A DNA stretch of 64,000 bases from Octopus sinensis. Its lineage: Eukaryota. The notes under the pieces were generated by a model that did no database searches, was not told the DNA's origin, and was given only the letters and a program-made list of their open reading frames with translations. Both the position numbers and the translations under genes were made by a program. The stretch covers positions 3,906,001 to 3,970,000 of the forward strand of contig NC_043004.1 in the NCBI RefSeq assembly GCF_006345805.1, given 5' to 3'. Within the stretch, counting starts at the first letter, position 1; each line of letters starts with the position of its first letter. Of the stretch, positions 51,001 through 64,000 are shown piece after piece.

Positions 51001-51067
51001 TCTGATGAAGGACATGTGTACGAATCGTTGGCTTTTTCATTCCTCAAAAAAATTCAATATGATATAA

Positions 51068-51160
<93 letters not shown>

Positions 51161-51463
51161 ATTTTCCGAGGCCTCTCTTCCACACCCCTTTCGCGAGCGC
51201 TCATTTTTTGGGTCATATTCGTTTAGAAGAAGTTGTTTTATTTGTTTTTATGACCGGGTCAAACGCTTTAGTTTGACCAGGAGAGGTATGACTTTCACAT
51301 CTCTGCGGGAGAAGATAGGCTTCTCTATTCCTGTTACAAAACTTACTTCCGGGTGCCAAATTTGCTTCAATTGAAGGTATTACTCGGGTAGGAGGTGGTG
51401 GTGGGACAGTGGCAGGGGCAAAGGCGTGAAAAAACATGTATGCAATAGGTGTATGTACGTATA

Positions 51464-51533
<70 letters not shown>

Positions 51534-51866
51534 TTGCCTATATATATAAACTTTGTTGTGATCTGAACATAACCACTTTTCACACAGAGGATCGGGAGCC
51601 CTTTTGGGCGTTCTATTTTCCTTGCTGGGAGGGTTCTCAACCCATGAGCACAGTGGGGTTACATGAAAAAAGAAAAAAGAAAAAACAATCGATGACTGGA
51701 AAAAATCGAGAAACCGATTTCTTATGGGATTTCCCAATCAAATTGTCAGCAAAATTGCAGCCAAAAGTTTACCAATTTCAACGGATTTCACTCAAATTTG
51801 ACAAAGAGCTTGATTAGCTTAATAATCCTTACTTAATCCCGAGCAAAGCCGGACTATACTGCTAAT
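51068..51866 (+). mobile_element. Probable non-autonomous Helitron
   Basis: A|TC start at 51068 into a TA run; 3' CCCGAGCAAAGCCGG hairpin and CTAA (for CTAG) at 51838-51865, like the 22792 element. Confidence 0.4.
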
Positions 51867-51919
51867 CAATTCAATGAGTATGTGTGTGTGTTTTCGCATT
51901 CATTACAGTAAACTACAGT

Positions 51920-53728
51920 AAAGAACATTTTACGCCGTTTTAATGGGCCCACATCTACTGAAGTAGCCATCCTTATGGTAGGTGATCCCCCATGAAAATC
52001 GTGATATTCTCATTCGTGCTTGAGATAACAACCTTAAACGTGTTTCAGAGACTCATCCCTCTTTACGATGCTCTCCAGTATCCTCTTATTCTGTGGAATG
52101 GACAAAATGGGTATCATTTCAATATTCCACAGATTGAACCTGCATCTGCAGAGCCAATTACAAACAAAAAGGTGTTGTCAAGTGACTTCTATTCTTTCCA
52201 AATGATATTAAAACCAGAACAATCAAATCAATTACACATGTATCGTCATCTATTTCAGCAATACCTGGTTGACATGCTAAAGTTGAGAGTCAGCATCTCT
52301 TCTACATTTATAACAATCAAAAAAAGTTAAGGGTTAAAAGTTATGTTCATCTCCAAGATGCTTTGAGGACAGATGGTAATATTCAAAACATGGGGCAACT
52401 TATAGTCCTCTCATTATCGTTCATAAATGGTCCTCAATATATGCACAAACGAACAGAAAATGTTATGACATATGTCAGGACATACGGAAACCTGATCTTT
52501 TTGTCACTTTCACTTGCGCTCATAAATAGGAGGAAATAAAATAGGAGGAAATAAAATATAACCTTCTTCCAGTGTTGCATCTTCTGGTATTGCAGCTACT
52601 TTCCTCAAGGGGGGGGACAGATCATTCCATGTTCAAGCTCCTCCTGAACCTTGCAATGAAAGAATCTCAAATGAGCAACATTTCCTAAAACTCTGCAATG
52701 GCAACAGTTATCTGACAAACTTGCCTCACTGTTTGGGATGAGTGCACTGTCACGTCGTGGAGCTCCAGAAGTACTTGACTGTTCCTTCCAATACATAAAA
52801 ACAATAGCACACTCATGGAAAGAGTAACAGTTCTTGCAGGAGATTTTCGTCAAACATTGTCAGTTATCCCCAAAGGATCAAAAGCTGATGAAGTCAATGC
52901 ATGCCTTAAATAAATCGTACCTTGGCAAACGTGAAAAAACTTCATCTTCGAAGCAACATCAGAGTTCTTCTACAAAGTGATCATACGAGCTCCTTAAGAT
53001 CAATAATGGGATATTAAAATTCAACTCAAGACTTCAGCGACGTGAAATTACATGCAGTCAAATGATACTTTCTCTTAAGGATCTTGAATTTCTGAACGCA
53101 CTTAAACCCACTGGGTTGCCAACGTATAACTTAACACTAAAATTGTGTGTTCCCATTATGTTGCTTAGGAATCTCGACCCATCTCACCAGTGTAATGGAG
53201 CTCGCTTAATTGTTACTTCCATGAAGCCCCATGTCCTACAGGCAACAATCATAACAGGTAGCCACAAAGGAGAAAAAGTCTTTATTCCAAAAATTCCTCT
53301 TATACTTAGAGATGTTCCATCTGAATTTAAGACGCTTCAATTTCCAGTCAAATTAAGTTTTGGTGTTTCAATTAACAAATCTCATGGTCAATCCCTCAAG
53401 GTAATTGCACTTGATCTCTTTACCACATGCCTCTCCCACGGCCAATTCTATTTTGCATGCTCATGATTTGGAAGCATCAACAATTTATTCATTTCGACAA
53501 AAAATTTATTTATTCATTTCGACAAAAAATTACACATTGAATACTGTTTACCCTGAGGTGCTTCAACATTGACAGACTTTCAGTTCAAAGTTCTATTATC
53601 GTTACAATTTGGATATTTTTTAATAAAATATATTTTGAAATAATTATGGTAATATATCTTTATATTTATTGTTTACTAATCTGAATAAGAACAGCAGTAA
53701 CCCGATCAACGCCGGGTCATTCAGCTAT
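51920..53728 (+). mobile_element. Internally deleted Helitron: Rep part, PIF1 helicase parts and 3' terminus
   Basis: YDALQYPL, LFQQYLVD, KPDLFVTFTC (Rep motif 1); ASSGIAAT, WDEC, LAGDFRQTL, PIMLLRNLD, FPVKLSFGVSINKSHGQSL (PIF1); CCCGATCAACGCCGGG hairpin and CTAT at 53701-53728; many stops and frameshifts. Confidence 0.9.
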
Positions 53729-54313
53729 TTATAGATAAATGTTCGCCGCTGTAAACTACCATCAGTTTTCTAAGATGTTACTTTTAAGGTATGTAGTTAT
53801 GTTTCTTTAACTTTAAGTTTGAATCTTATCTCCCCCATCGAGATAAGTAGGGGATAAGTGATGGGTTCAGTGACATCGATTATCCTCCTACAGTTGGGCA
53901 AGGCAGAATATATAAGTGGACGACATCATCGGACCATGCTAAGAACTAATAATAATAAATTTTCTGGCGTGTGCAAAGTTTTGTAAAGCAGGAAGTAATT
54001 AATTAATTATAGGCACACTAAGCAACAATGATTAAAATAAGAACGGTAATTCTAAGTGGATTATGAGTGACGGGGTCGCTGTCTGTGGTAGATGAAACGT
54101 ATCGAAGCAGAAACACATATCTTAGAATCCGATGACGTAATACCTAGCCCAGCTCGGCGGATTTTCATACATATTGTCAGTAAGGTGAATTCCTCTTCCT
54201 TATAGATTACCGCAGCCAACGTCTGAGTGTACACGTATGTGTTAAATATAAATGTACACAGTTTATTTTAAGCATCACTGCTTCGTGCACCTTAATTATA
54301 TATATATACATAT

Positions 54314-54565
54314 TACTCTTTACTCTTTTACTCTTTTACTTGTTTCAGTCAGTTGACTGCGGCCATGCTGGAGCACCGCCTTTAGTCGAGCAAATCGACC
54401 CCAGGACTTATTCTTTGTAAGCCTAGTACTTATTCTATCGGTCTCTTTTGCCGAACCGCTAATGTACGGGGACGTAAATAAACCAGAATCGGTTGTCAAG
54501 TGATGTTTGGGGGACAAACACAGACACACAAACATATACACACACACACACACACCACACATTTA

Positions 54566-54605
<40 letters not shown>

Positions 54606-54731
54606 GACGGGCTTTGGTCGGCTCGAGGTTATAGTAGAAGACACTTGCCCAAAGTGCCACGCAGTGGGACTGAACCCGGAACCATGTGGTTGGTAAGCAA
54701 GCTACTTACCACACAGCCACTCCTACGCCTA
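54314..54731 (-). mobile_element. SINE family A with an internal deletion
   Basis: Lacks the ~38-nt segment between two GGCTT motifs (junction near 54610). Confidence 0.9.
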
Positions 54732-54732
54732 T

Positions 54733-54794
<62 letters not shown>

Positions 54795-54944
54795 TGTATA
54801 TGTAAGTAAATATATTTCGCTTTGGCATAGTGAGACTAATAACCCGGTGGAGACCTCAATACGCGCATGTTTCAGGACGAAGTGTTAGCTGAGTAAAAAG
54901 CAGTAATAAGGAAGAGAAATGACTAAGGAATAAATGCTTATCCT

Positions 54945-55138
54945 ATGAAGTTCATTACCTTACAGCTGTTTCTGGTATTAAATGCAGTGGACTCATAGTC
55001 GGGTGCCTGAGTAACAGCTTAGAGCTTCATCGGATCATCGAATATTCGAGACTCCGATGAAGCTATTAGGGTGTTATTCAGGCACTCAACTCCGCTATAC
55101 TTTAGAGCAGAAATAGCTGTAAGGTTTATGAGGTTCAT
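54945..55138. mobile_element. Palindromic MITE (~190 bp, imperfect throughout)
   Basis: ATGAAGTTCATTACCTTACAGCTGTTTCTG / CAGAAATAGCTGTAAGGTTTATGAGGTTCAT, plus inner arms GTGCCTGAGTAACA..AGCTTCATCGGA / TCCGATGAAGCT..TGTTATTCAGGCAC. Confidence 0.7.
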
Positions 55139-55219
55139 GACATAATCACCTATTCCTTGGTCGTCTCGCTTTCTTATATATATACATACCTACATACATA
55201 CATACATACATGTATGTAT

Positions 55220-55251
<32 letters not shown>

Positions 55252-55260
55252 TTGTGTGTA

Positions 55261-55310
<50 letters not shown>

Positions 55311-55311
<1 letters not shown>

Positions 55312-55777
55312 TGGATTGTCTTGTTGTGCAGGACAAATGAGAGTTTAGTAAAATAAAGCATTGATCATGTTCTATGGACAAGAATATGTCTCTTGAGGTC
55401 TGCTGGTGCCTTGCAAGCCTTTTGGCAAATGAAACAAGTTGAGGACTCAGTTTGCTTGAGTGCTTGTGGATCATTCACTGTGTTTTCTTGAGTGGACGGC
55501 AAGGCCTACTTTGCTCCAAGCTGCAGAACCACAATGACAAGTAAGGTTTCTATTAAGAAGAGCAGCGTTTTGTCAGCGTGCCTTCATGCTTGCACGAAGT
55601 TGGTCCCGATGTTGGAGTCGACTTTGCTCAAATCTTTGAACTGAAAAGAAGCAGGTCTGGCACCAGGTCCTGCGTTCTGATCCTTTGTTTTCCTAGGAAA
55701 AAAGGGACATGTTGCATTGCGTGCATTCATATAAATGACTGCAAAGTTTCTCCGGTGATTTGTTCATCAAATGAAAC
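55311..55777 (-). mobile_element. RTE-clade LINE 3' end with C2H2-like fingers, degraded
   Basis: ERRTW...RFEQSRLQHRDQLRASMKAR (RTE C-terminal pattern), CHCGSAAWSKVGLAVHSRKH, CFICQKACKAPADLKRHILVH; (CA)n tail; stops and a frameshift. Confidence 0.7.
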
Positions 55778-55979
55778 CTGAATGTAAAGCAAAATAAAAA
55801 CAAAATGAAAAGCAATTTGAGAGTAAGAACCATGATATGTCGACAGCCCCTATCTTTGCCCTGAAATATTTTTCAACATGATTTATTCTCTGAAGTCTAC
55901 TTCATATTTTTCAGGATAATAGTGTTTAACTGGAGGAAGCTTCTTCTTCTAACAAATAGTTCGAGCACTTACAAGTCCA

Positions 55980-55980
<1 letters not shown>

Positions 55981-56040
<60 letters not shown>
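55981..56040. repeat. (GTT)n microsatellite
   Basis: Direct reading. Confidence 0.95.
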
Positions 56041-57574
56041 ATTAGCCTGAACCAACCCTGATTTGTACACGGTGAAATTCTAATTATGACCATCACGCCA
56101 TCTAGGAATGCAATAATCGATATACTCTTTGCTTTTCAAAATAGGTGTATTTTGAGGAATATATGGTAACTATTTCTAATAGACTAAACAATCACATACA
56201 AGCCTCCCTCACTAGTTCGTAGCCCGTTACTGTTGTCAATGAAAATGAAAGCCTTCTGACCGAGTAACGAAACTGAGGTCTTAGAATAGACTCTCTTAGA
56301 GGTCACATGAAGTCAATGTCTTCCAGCAACGATTGGAATAAAATATTCGACTTTCAAATATCTCATTGCAATGAGATATCCATTCTTAAGATAGTTTTCA
56401 AAACTTTTACAGTTTTAATATGCTGTTGCCATATTTATTACTGAAGTGAGAAAAACCACAAACAAAAGGCGAAGTTCAGCAGAAAATCGGAATCGTTGCA
56501 GAGGCGCAATGGAAATAATTCACAGAAATAAAAGACAAAAGATTTGAAGATAAGTCGTGAGAAAGAAATGGAAAGGATTTTAAACCCTTTTTTTTTTTTA
56601 AGGAGTAAACAAATTTCAATTTAAAATTTATATCTCTTTAATTATGCTGCCTGTCTGTCTGTCTTTCTCTTTCATATATATATATATATATATATATATC
56701 TTGTACACACACACATACATTCACGCATATAAATGCATGTATATGTATGTGTATACATATGTGTTTGTGTGTGTGTGTGTGTATGTATATATGTGTATGT
56801 ATGTATGCATGTATGTATGTGTATGTATGTATGTGTGTATGCATGTATGTATGTATGTATGTATGTATGTATGTATGTATGTATGTATGCATGCATATAT
56901 ATTCTTTTTCTTTTGCAGATAGCAAGAATTAAAATAACCCAGTTCCACATTCATATTTAATATATTATATTTATTTACAAGTGTATTTGATATAACTTTA
57001 GCGAAAGTATGAAATACAATTAAGCATTAATAATAAACGATATGACATCAATAAATAATCGTATTTCGATGTTGTGCAATTAAACATTTAGAAACGAGCC
57101 ATAAATGAGATGTATGATTTTTGCGAATTATTGGACGGGTGTTTTCGAATTAATACAAGTGATATAATTCTGTTTTCAAATATTAATATCCGAAAAATAA
57201 AATGAAGTGCTGTGTCATTCTGGGATTTATCCGAGTAATTATTTCATAAAGTATGTCATGTCCAGTCATTCTATTAACTGCGATGTAAGCCTTCGGAATA
57301 AGAATTTTTTTTAATGTTCGTAATACGGCGTACATTTAACATAATACATCCAGTATCGGTATTCTGGGTTCGATCGATATCAGCGTAGTCATTGTATATC
57401 CAGGTAAATATCACTCACAAAAACAGAATGAAAAGAAGCAAGCGTGCGATAATACAAGTTGAATGTAATGAAGCTGTGTAATTAAAGACAAAGAATAGGA
57501 ATGAGCTTAGGAAAGGTAAAAGATTGGAAGAAAAAACTACTATGTTAGTGAGAAAGGAAGTACGATGAATGACA

Positions 57575-59190
57575 GACAGGAAGTGAGCAGATTCCGGTTG
57601 GCCGGAATTTAATTTTTTGAAGAAGCTTTTGCAGTGATTTGAACTATCACAGGACAAAGAACTGTCGTCGTGCTGAACTGGTTTTATTTTCATTTATTCT
57701 TATCTTTTCTGTCTTAATGTTTTTTTCTCTTGTTTTCTTTCTAACTGTATTTTTGGATTTTATTTTCAATTCTTTACTTTTCATAATTTTTGTTGAACTA
57801 TTAAGATATTTTTTAAAAAAAAGCATGGCGAAAAAGAATGTCTTGGAGTGGGAGATTATCCCACCCAAAGAATGGATTAAACAGCAAGAGGAGAAGACGG
57901 TGGTGTTGAGAACATATTCGAAGGTTCTCGATGCCATCGCCGTGTTCTCCAAAGAAGTAACAGAAGAAGAGTTGAAGGACTATCAACCAAATGTGAAGTT
58001 TATCGCCCGAGGTGTCGGATATGCAACGATTTGGTTGCTATTTCACACTCCGGAGGAGGCTCGGACTTTTGCGAGCCAGCCCCTGGGGGGTAATAAAATT
58101 TTGTTTCTTCCTACGTATTGTGGGAGGAAACTGACGCGGGCTTGGATTTGCGGGTTGCCAGCGAATTTAAAACCAGGCTGGAGAGGACACTATCCGCCAG
58201 GGTTTGGGTGACAGCAGCACCAAGCTCCCTAATGTTAACTTATTACCAGTGGCTGATTACATTAGGTCAAAAGTTATTTTGACCCTGTGAACCCAATGAG
58301 TAAGGGAGTTAAGTATTTCCAGACTTTTTAACTATGGCTGGGAGCAGGTGCCCGGTGATTCTTGAGGGTCGCCCCCCTCCCCAAGTGCCATCGGTGTCTG
58401 GAACCTGACCATACAATAAAGAACTGCCCCCAAGACCAAAGCAAGGTCCTAGAGCAGTTGGTTGAGACCTCAGTAGAAGAAGGGACGGGGCGGGGCGGTC
58501 GAGGAGGTGGAGGACTCCTCAAAGAAGGACCGCAAGAGGAAGAAGGTTCTCACCGAAGGATCTTAGGGATGAGGGAGGGGAGGCGGATCTCCCGGTCACG
58601 GAGGAAACCCACCCTTTCTCAGTTAAGAGGGGAAAAGAGGAAGAAAAAGAAAAACGGGACATTGCCGGCAGTTGGTAACACAATACCGGAATGTTCCGGA
58701 AATTCGTCGGTGAGAATTGTGCCATCGACGGTGGAAGTGACTACCTCGTCCCTGAAAGAAGATGAATTACTTGTCTTCTTCTACAGAGGCGGAGAGGTGG
58801 AGGTGTTGGAGAAGCACGATAAGGGAGCAATTATGACCTGCACACGGGATTCCGAATGGTCCCCGCAGATACCTGTGGAGGTCATAACTTTGCCTGTGGT
58901 GCAAAGGCTGGAGAAGCTCAATGAGGAATATCGCTTGTGGCCTGGCGACGCCGATACGCCACCCACTTTGTGCTTGAATGAGGCGTGAGAAATGGCGGGG
59001 TACGGGGTCACAAGCGATACTGAAGAGGACTATGGGTAAGAGGTTGGAAAGCCTCGATATTATGAGGTTTCAAACCTCATTCTATTTTTATCCAAGGTAC
59101 GAGGCATAGTGTCTCATTTTTGTGTTTTAATGAACAATTACGAACAATTTTAAGAGGCTTATCGCCTCATGTATGATAAATAAGAGAACA
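57575..59190 (+). mobile_element. Tx1/L1-like ORF1 (RRM-like region plus CCHC knuckle) with 5' UTR and no ORF2
   Basis: ATG at 57825 (MAKKNVLEWEIIPPKEWIKQQEEKTVVLR...), frameshifts, PVILEGRPP then CHRCLEPDHTIKNC (CX2CX4HX4C). Confidence 0.75.
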
Positions 59191-59235
59191 ATGTTTTCGG
59201 GAAACAACAATCGGCGGGCGTTGTCTGTTTCCCCC

Positions 59236-59336
<101 letters not shown>

Positions 59337-59380
59337 AACTATAACAGTAATATACATATATATGTGTGTGTATGTATGTA

Positions 59381-59583
59381 TGTGTGTGTCTGTGGTTGTT
59401 ACTCCACCATCGCTTGGCATGCGAAGTTGGTGTGTCGCCATAAACTAGCAGATCGGCAAAACTGACCGATAAAATAAGTACTAGGCTTATAAAGAATAAG
59501 TCCCGGGGTCGATTTCTTCGACTAAAGGCGGTGCTCCGGCATGGCCGTAGTCAATTGACTTAAGCAAGTAAAAGAATGAAAGA
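59381..59583 (+). mobile_element. SINE-A 3' half
   Basis: AATAAGTACTAGGCTT...GGCGGTGCTCCGGCATGGCC...AAGTAAAAGA. Confidence 0.8.
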
Positions 59584-59689
59584 CTAATACAATCATATAT
59601 GTGTGTGTTTGTGTCTGTATGTTAATACAACCGCCAGGGGGCGCTACTCAATACATAGAGTTAAATACAACAATGGTTTCTAGTCTAGA

Positions 59690-60085
59690 CACAAGGTCAG
59701 CCATCTTGAAGAGAGAATTAAGTCGATAAAGTTGACTGTTAATTTATTGACCCTGGGGGGTGAAAGGAAGCGTTAACCTCAGCGGAATTTGAACTCTAAA
59801 TGTAAAGAATCAAAAGAACTACCTCAAATCCTTTTCATCGATACTCGAACGATTCACCACTTTAGAGATATTTATAATAATCCTTTCTATTATAGGCAGA
59901 ATGCCTGAAATTTTGCGAGACTGGACCAGTCTATGACATTGAGCCCTGTACTCAACTATTACTTTATTTTATCAACACCGGAAAAAGGAAAGGCAAACCT
60001 GACTTCGTAGCAATTTGAACTCAGAACGTAAAGAGAGAAGACATCCCGCTAAGCATTTTGCCAACGGTTTTACCAGTTCACCAAC
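59690..60085 (-). mobile_element. Two old SINE-B copies in tandem
   Basis: ATTTGAACTC remnants near 59790 and 60015; GATATTTATAA on both sides of the second copy. Confidence 0.6.
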
Positions 60086-60594
60086 GAAGATAAGATATTT
60101 ATAAACATAACAATAGTACGGTGACTAGGGTCTCAACTGGTTTTCATTTCGAGTTGCACATTGTCGTTTTTCAATACAACGTCTCGTTTTTCACTTACAT
60201 TACGTCACTTGGTCATTGAAAACGAGGCTGATGAAATATTCTAACATCAAAATAAACAAATAAATAAAGGAAAAACAAAGAACGTATGAAAGAAAGGCAG
60301 ACAGACGGGAAGAAAGAAGGAAAGGAAAAGAAAGAGGTTTGAAATGAAGGGATGGATGACGGAACATATAGATAAATAAGAACCGTTGATAATTGCAGAG
60401 ATATTTTTTCATATGTATTTATATATGTGTAAAAATGTATGTGTGTGTATAAATATACATAATGCACACACACATACACACGCACGCACACATACACACA
60501 CACATATATATACACGTGCTTATATACATAAACATATACATATATATATGTACATATCTGTGCGTGAGTATGTATGTAAGTATGTATACATGTA

Positions 60595-60705
<111 letters not shown>

Positions 60706-60730
60706 TTATATGTATGTACGTATGTATGTA

Positions 60731-60997
60731 GTGAAGGCGCATGACTCAGTGGTTAGAGCGTCGGGCTTACGATCGTGAGGTTGTGAGTTCGAATCCCAGG
60801 CCGGGCCGCGTGTTGTGTTCTTGAGGTGTATCGGCTCCTTTGCCTTTCCTTTAGATAACACTGGTGGCGTGGAGAGGGGAAGCCGGTGTGCATGGGTGAC
60901 TGCTGGTCTTCCACAAACAACCTTGCCCGTACTTGTGCCTGGAAGGGTAACTTTCTAGATGCAATCCCATGGTCAGTCATGACCAAAGGGGCTCTCA
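60731..60997 (+). mobile_element. SINE family C with a well-preserved tRNA-like head
   Basis: A-box-like TGACTCAGTGG, B-box-like GAGTTCGAATCCC, followed by non-tRNA body and tail; internal deletion after TTCTTGAG. Confidence 0.85.
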
Positions 60998-61424
60998 GCA
61001 TGTATGTATGAATGTATGTATGTATGTATGTATGTATGTATGTATGTATGTATGTATGTATCTATGTGTGTGTGTGTAATATACACGGGTGTCCCTTCAG
61101 CAGAGCAATGAACGCTTTCAGCATCACTAGAAACGTATAATTTTTTGTGAAGCTGAAATTTAGTTCAATGAAACGAGGGCTTGCGATTTGGCATCAATTT
61201 ATCTAAAGATCGATCTCAGTTGAGTCAAGTAAGCAACGCCGATAAATAAATCGATAGACTTGAGAGTCTTTTATGTGTATTGCAGATTATTTCTGTTTGC
61301 TCCCTCTTTTATATTTGGTTTAATTCCCTTTTTTTATTCTGGTTTCAATTTCCGTTATAAATCGACTTTACTTTCCGTCTCTCAGTTTGAAATCAATAAG
61401 ATAACTAACGGTTGTTGTTACTGT

Positions 61425-61660
61425 GAAGGCGGCGAACTGGCAGAAACGTTAGCACACCGGGCGAAATGCTAAGCAGTATTTCGTCTGCCGCTACGTTCTG
61501 AGTTCAAATTCCGCCGAGGTCAACTTTGCCTTTCATCCTTTCGGGGTCGATAAAATAAGCACCAGTTACGCACTGGGGTCGATATAATCGACTTAATCCG
61601 TTTGTCTGTCCTTGTTTGCCCCCTCTGTGTTTAGCTCCTTGTGGGCAGTAAAGAAATAGG
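61425..61660 (+). mobile_element. SINE-B full length with Tx1-like tail, followed by (TAG)n
   Basis: Colinear with 29762-29992. Confidence 0.95.
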
Positions 61661-61746
61661 TAGTAGTAGTAGTAGTAGTAGTATAGCCTCGGTTAGTCTC
61701 TGCACGAACACTCCTGTAGCTCTCCGTATAACGAGACCCAACTCAC

Positions 61747-61920
61747 AAAACCATGCTCTCACTCATAACATAGCATTGTTCCAGTTGAGAAACTACACAA
61801 TCCGGCACATTGTTATGACGCCTACGAAAAGCAGTGTGCCAATATGAACACATCCCATTCTCCATACAGTCTGGCCTATAATTGTGCATCCGTCTATCCT
61901 CGTGATGGCTACAGTGAAAG
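61747..61920 (-). CDS. Candidate internal exon of an unidentified host gene (174 nt)
   Basis: Acceptor TTGTACTTTGATCTGTTTCAATTTGCAG, donor GTGAGT, length a multiple of 3, one frame fully open (FHCSHHEDRRMHNYRPDCMENGMCSYWHTAFRRRH...); no homology recognised. Confidence 0.3.
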
Positions 61921-63519
61921 CTGCAAATTGAAACAGATCAAAGTACAACAATTACTTTCTTATTGTCGGTGGTATATCCTCGCCGCCGTATATAGACTTT
62001 AGGACGAATGACGCTGCTGATGTTGCAACTCTATTCATGTGTGGGATTTGGTGTATATTTATCTAAATTGAGCAGATGAAATAAATTCATTGCTTAGAAT
62101 GGTTTTGTTGCAGTGCTCCAGGCTGTTTATAAGTGCCTGGGTGTTTGAAGATGGTTTCCTCTTTGTTTTCTAGCTTTTGCTTTTGTTAATATAATTACTG
62201 TTTCTTTCAGGTATTTTTGTAGAGGTTTCGTAAATTATGTTCAGATTTTGTGTATAGCAATATTGATATCCTCACTGTTTAAGAGAAACACTAGGAATGA
62301 TCTCGTTTGAGATTACAACCATCTTTGGCTAGTTTAACCCTGTTGTGTCTACTGATCTGATTGGTTAGCATCTAGCGCAGTCTGTCTCTCTACTTATTTC
62401 GCGCCAGTGTGTAAACTGATCAATCACAGCTTTCGGATAGGATCTTTCAATTGAGCCATCTTCACTCCTTAAATAAGCTAGTATTTTCATTATTCATCAT
62501 CTTTCAGCTTTAGACCTTCTAAGGTCTAGAACCTGACCACAGAGCTACTCAGCCATGTTCCAGTTCGAACAGCCAGCCAACGATACTATGAAGACGCTAT
62601 TGTATACCAGCGACAGAGAGAACGTCATCACCAATGTCGTCTACATCTTCGTCGATTTCAACTTGTACACAACTACAAAGATTCAACTCACGCTGTTTGT
62701 GTGAAACTTCACCACGGAAAAACAGTTGCAGTATATATCTGAAAGAACAATCTATATCAATAGAAACCTGCACAACAAGTGACTCAACTAGTCTCCGCTT
62801 CGAGACCCAAATCTTGTTATAGAACTTATTATCGTGTACCACAGGAACTGGTAAACTAACTCTATCTTAACTCAATATGCTGAGACTGCTCTGTATTTCT
62901 GTTGTATTCGCATGCACCTTTATCTGTACCTTCTGTCGCACACACGAACACACAAACACAAATACTATACGCATGCATTCATACCACAACACTACGCTAG
63001 TAATTACAACTCACTTTGTACACTGTGAATAAAGTCCATCTTCTCTCTCAAACAGTAGAACGGCTTGTCGTCCTTCATTCATTTCCTTTGGTACTGTATA
63101 AATATATCCATGTATTATGGCTTCTCTTATTATTATGTTAGGATGCGATCGTGCGGCATACAAGAGGAGACCTTGTCACCAAACTCCTTACGTACGGTCG
63201 AATATACATCACAACTGTAGACTCTACCATTTTCTGATGGCGTTCGCACGTGTTGCGAGAAACAATTCTGTGTTGACGAAAATGTAACCTGGTTTTATCG
63301 GTATCGCAACTGGGTTCATCTGGTCTTTTTTTCTTATATCCAAGATGCTTTATTTCATATATTTCTTCATTTCCAAGACAGAAGATTGGCTGCTGCAATT
63401 TCTTGCATGACATACGACCTCATTGACCTCATGACATACGACCTCATCGACCTCCTCCTCGCTGACTCGTTACTGCTGTTTTTGTTTAGCGTCAACTAAG
63501 ATATAATTGAGCGTACATA

Positions 63520-63998
<479 letters not shown>

Positions 63999-64000
63999 CG

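Noticed and set aside
54206-54234. 29-nt plus-strand exon
   Set aside because: Too short to assess; a chance match is likely.
60734-60805. Functional tRNA gene
   Set aside because: The acceptor and anticodon stems pair poorly, and the sequence continues into a SINE body shared with 49417 and 13520.
62560-63060. Gypsy integrase end or LTR
   Set aside because: Only a vague resemblance; no PPT, paired LTR or clear motif.

Overview
This is AT-rich eukaryotic DNA crowded with microsatellites and transposable elements. The repeat families resemble those I recall from Octopus (coleoid cephalopod) genomes; that assignment is inference, not a search result. No intact host gene, rRNA, true tRNA or CRISPR array is supported, and most ORFs in the supplied track are translations of (TA)n/(CA)n/(TACA)n repeats. 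Recognisable content: three tRNA-headed SINE families (called A, B, C here); Tx1/L1-like LINE pieces (ORF2 3' ends in GATA repeats and ORF1 5' pieces); R4/Dong-like RLE LINE fragments; RTE 3' ends with C2H2 fingers; Helitron Rep/PIF1 remnants, a complete non-autonomous Helitron and a Helentron-type HINE; mariner/Tc1 remnants; piggyBac and hAT MITEs; and many foldback elements, some with hammerhead-ribozyme-like cores (Penelope-like). The most interesting patterns: (1) SINE-B dimers and heterodimers, each inside one TSD pair, whose second unit starts at the same hairpin-loop position; (2) a 42-nt 3' tail and a GATA/GGTA-like target bias shared between SINE-B and the Tx1-like LINE; (3) short hammerhead-bearing elements in (TA)n; (4) a possible ORF1-only L1 derivative; (5) a pre-miRNA-like hairpin; (6) a few candidate spliced exons of an unidentified host transcript. 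All coordinates and alignments were read by eye.
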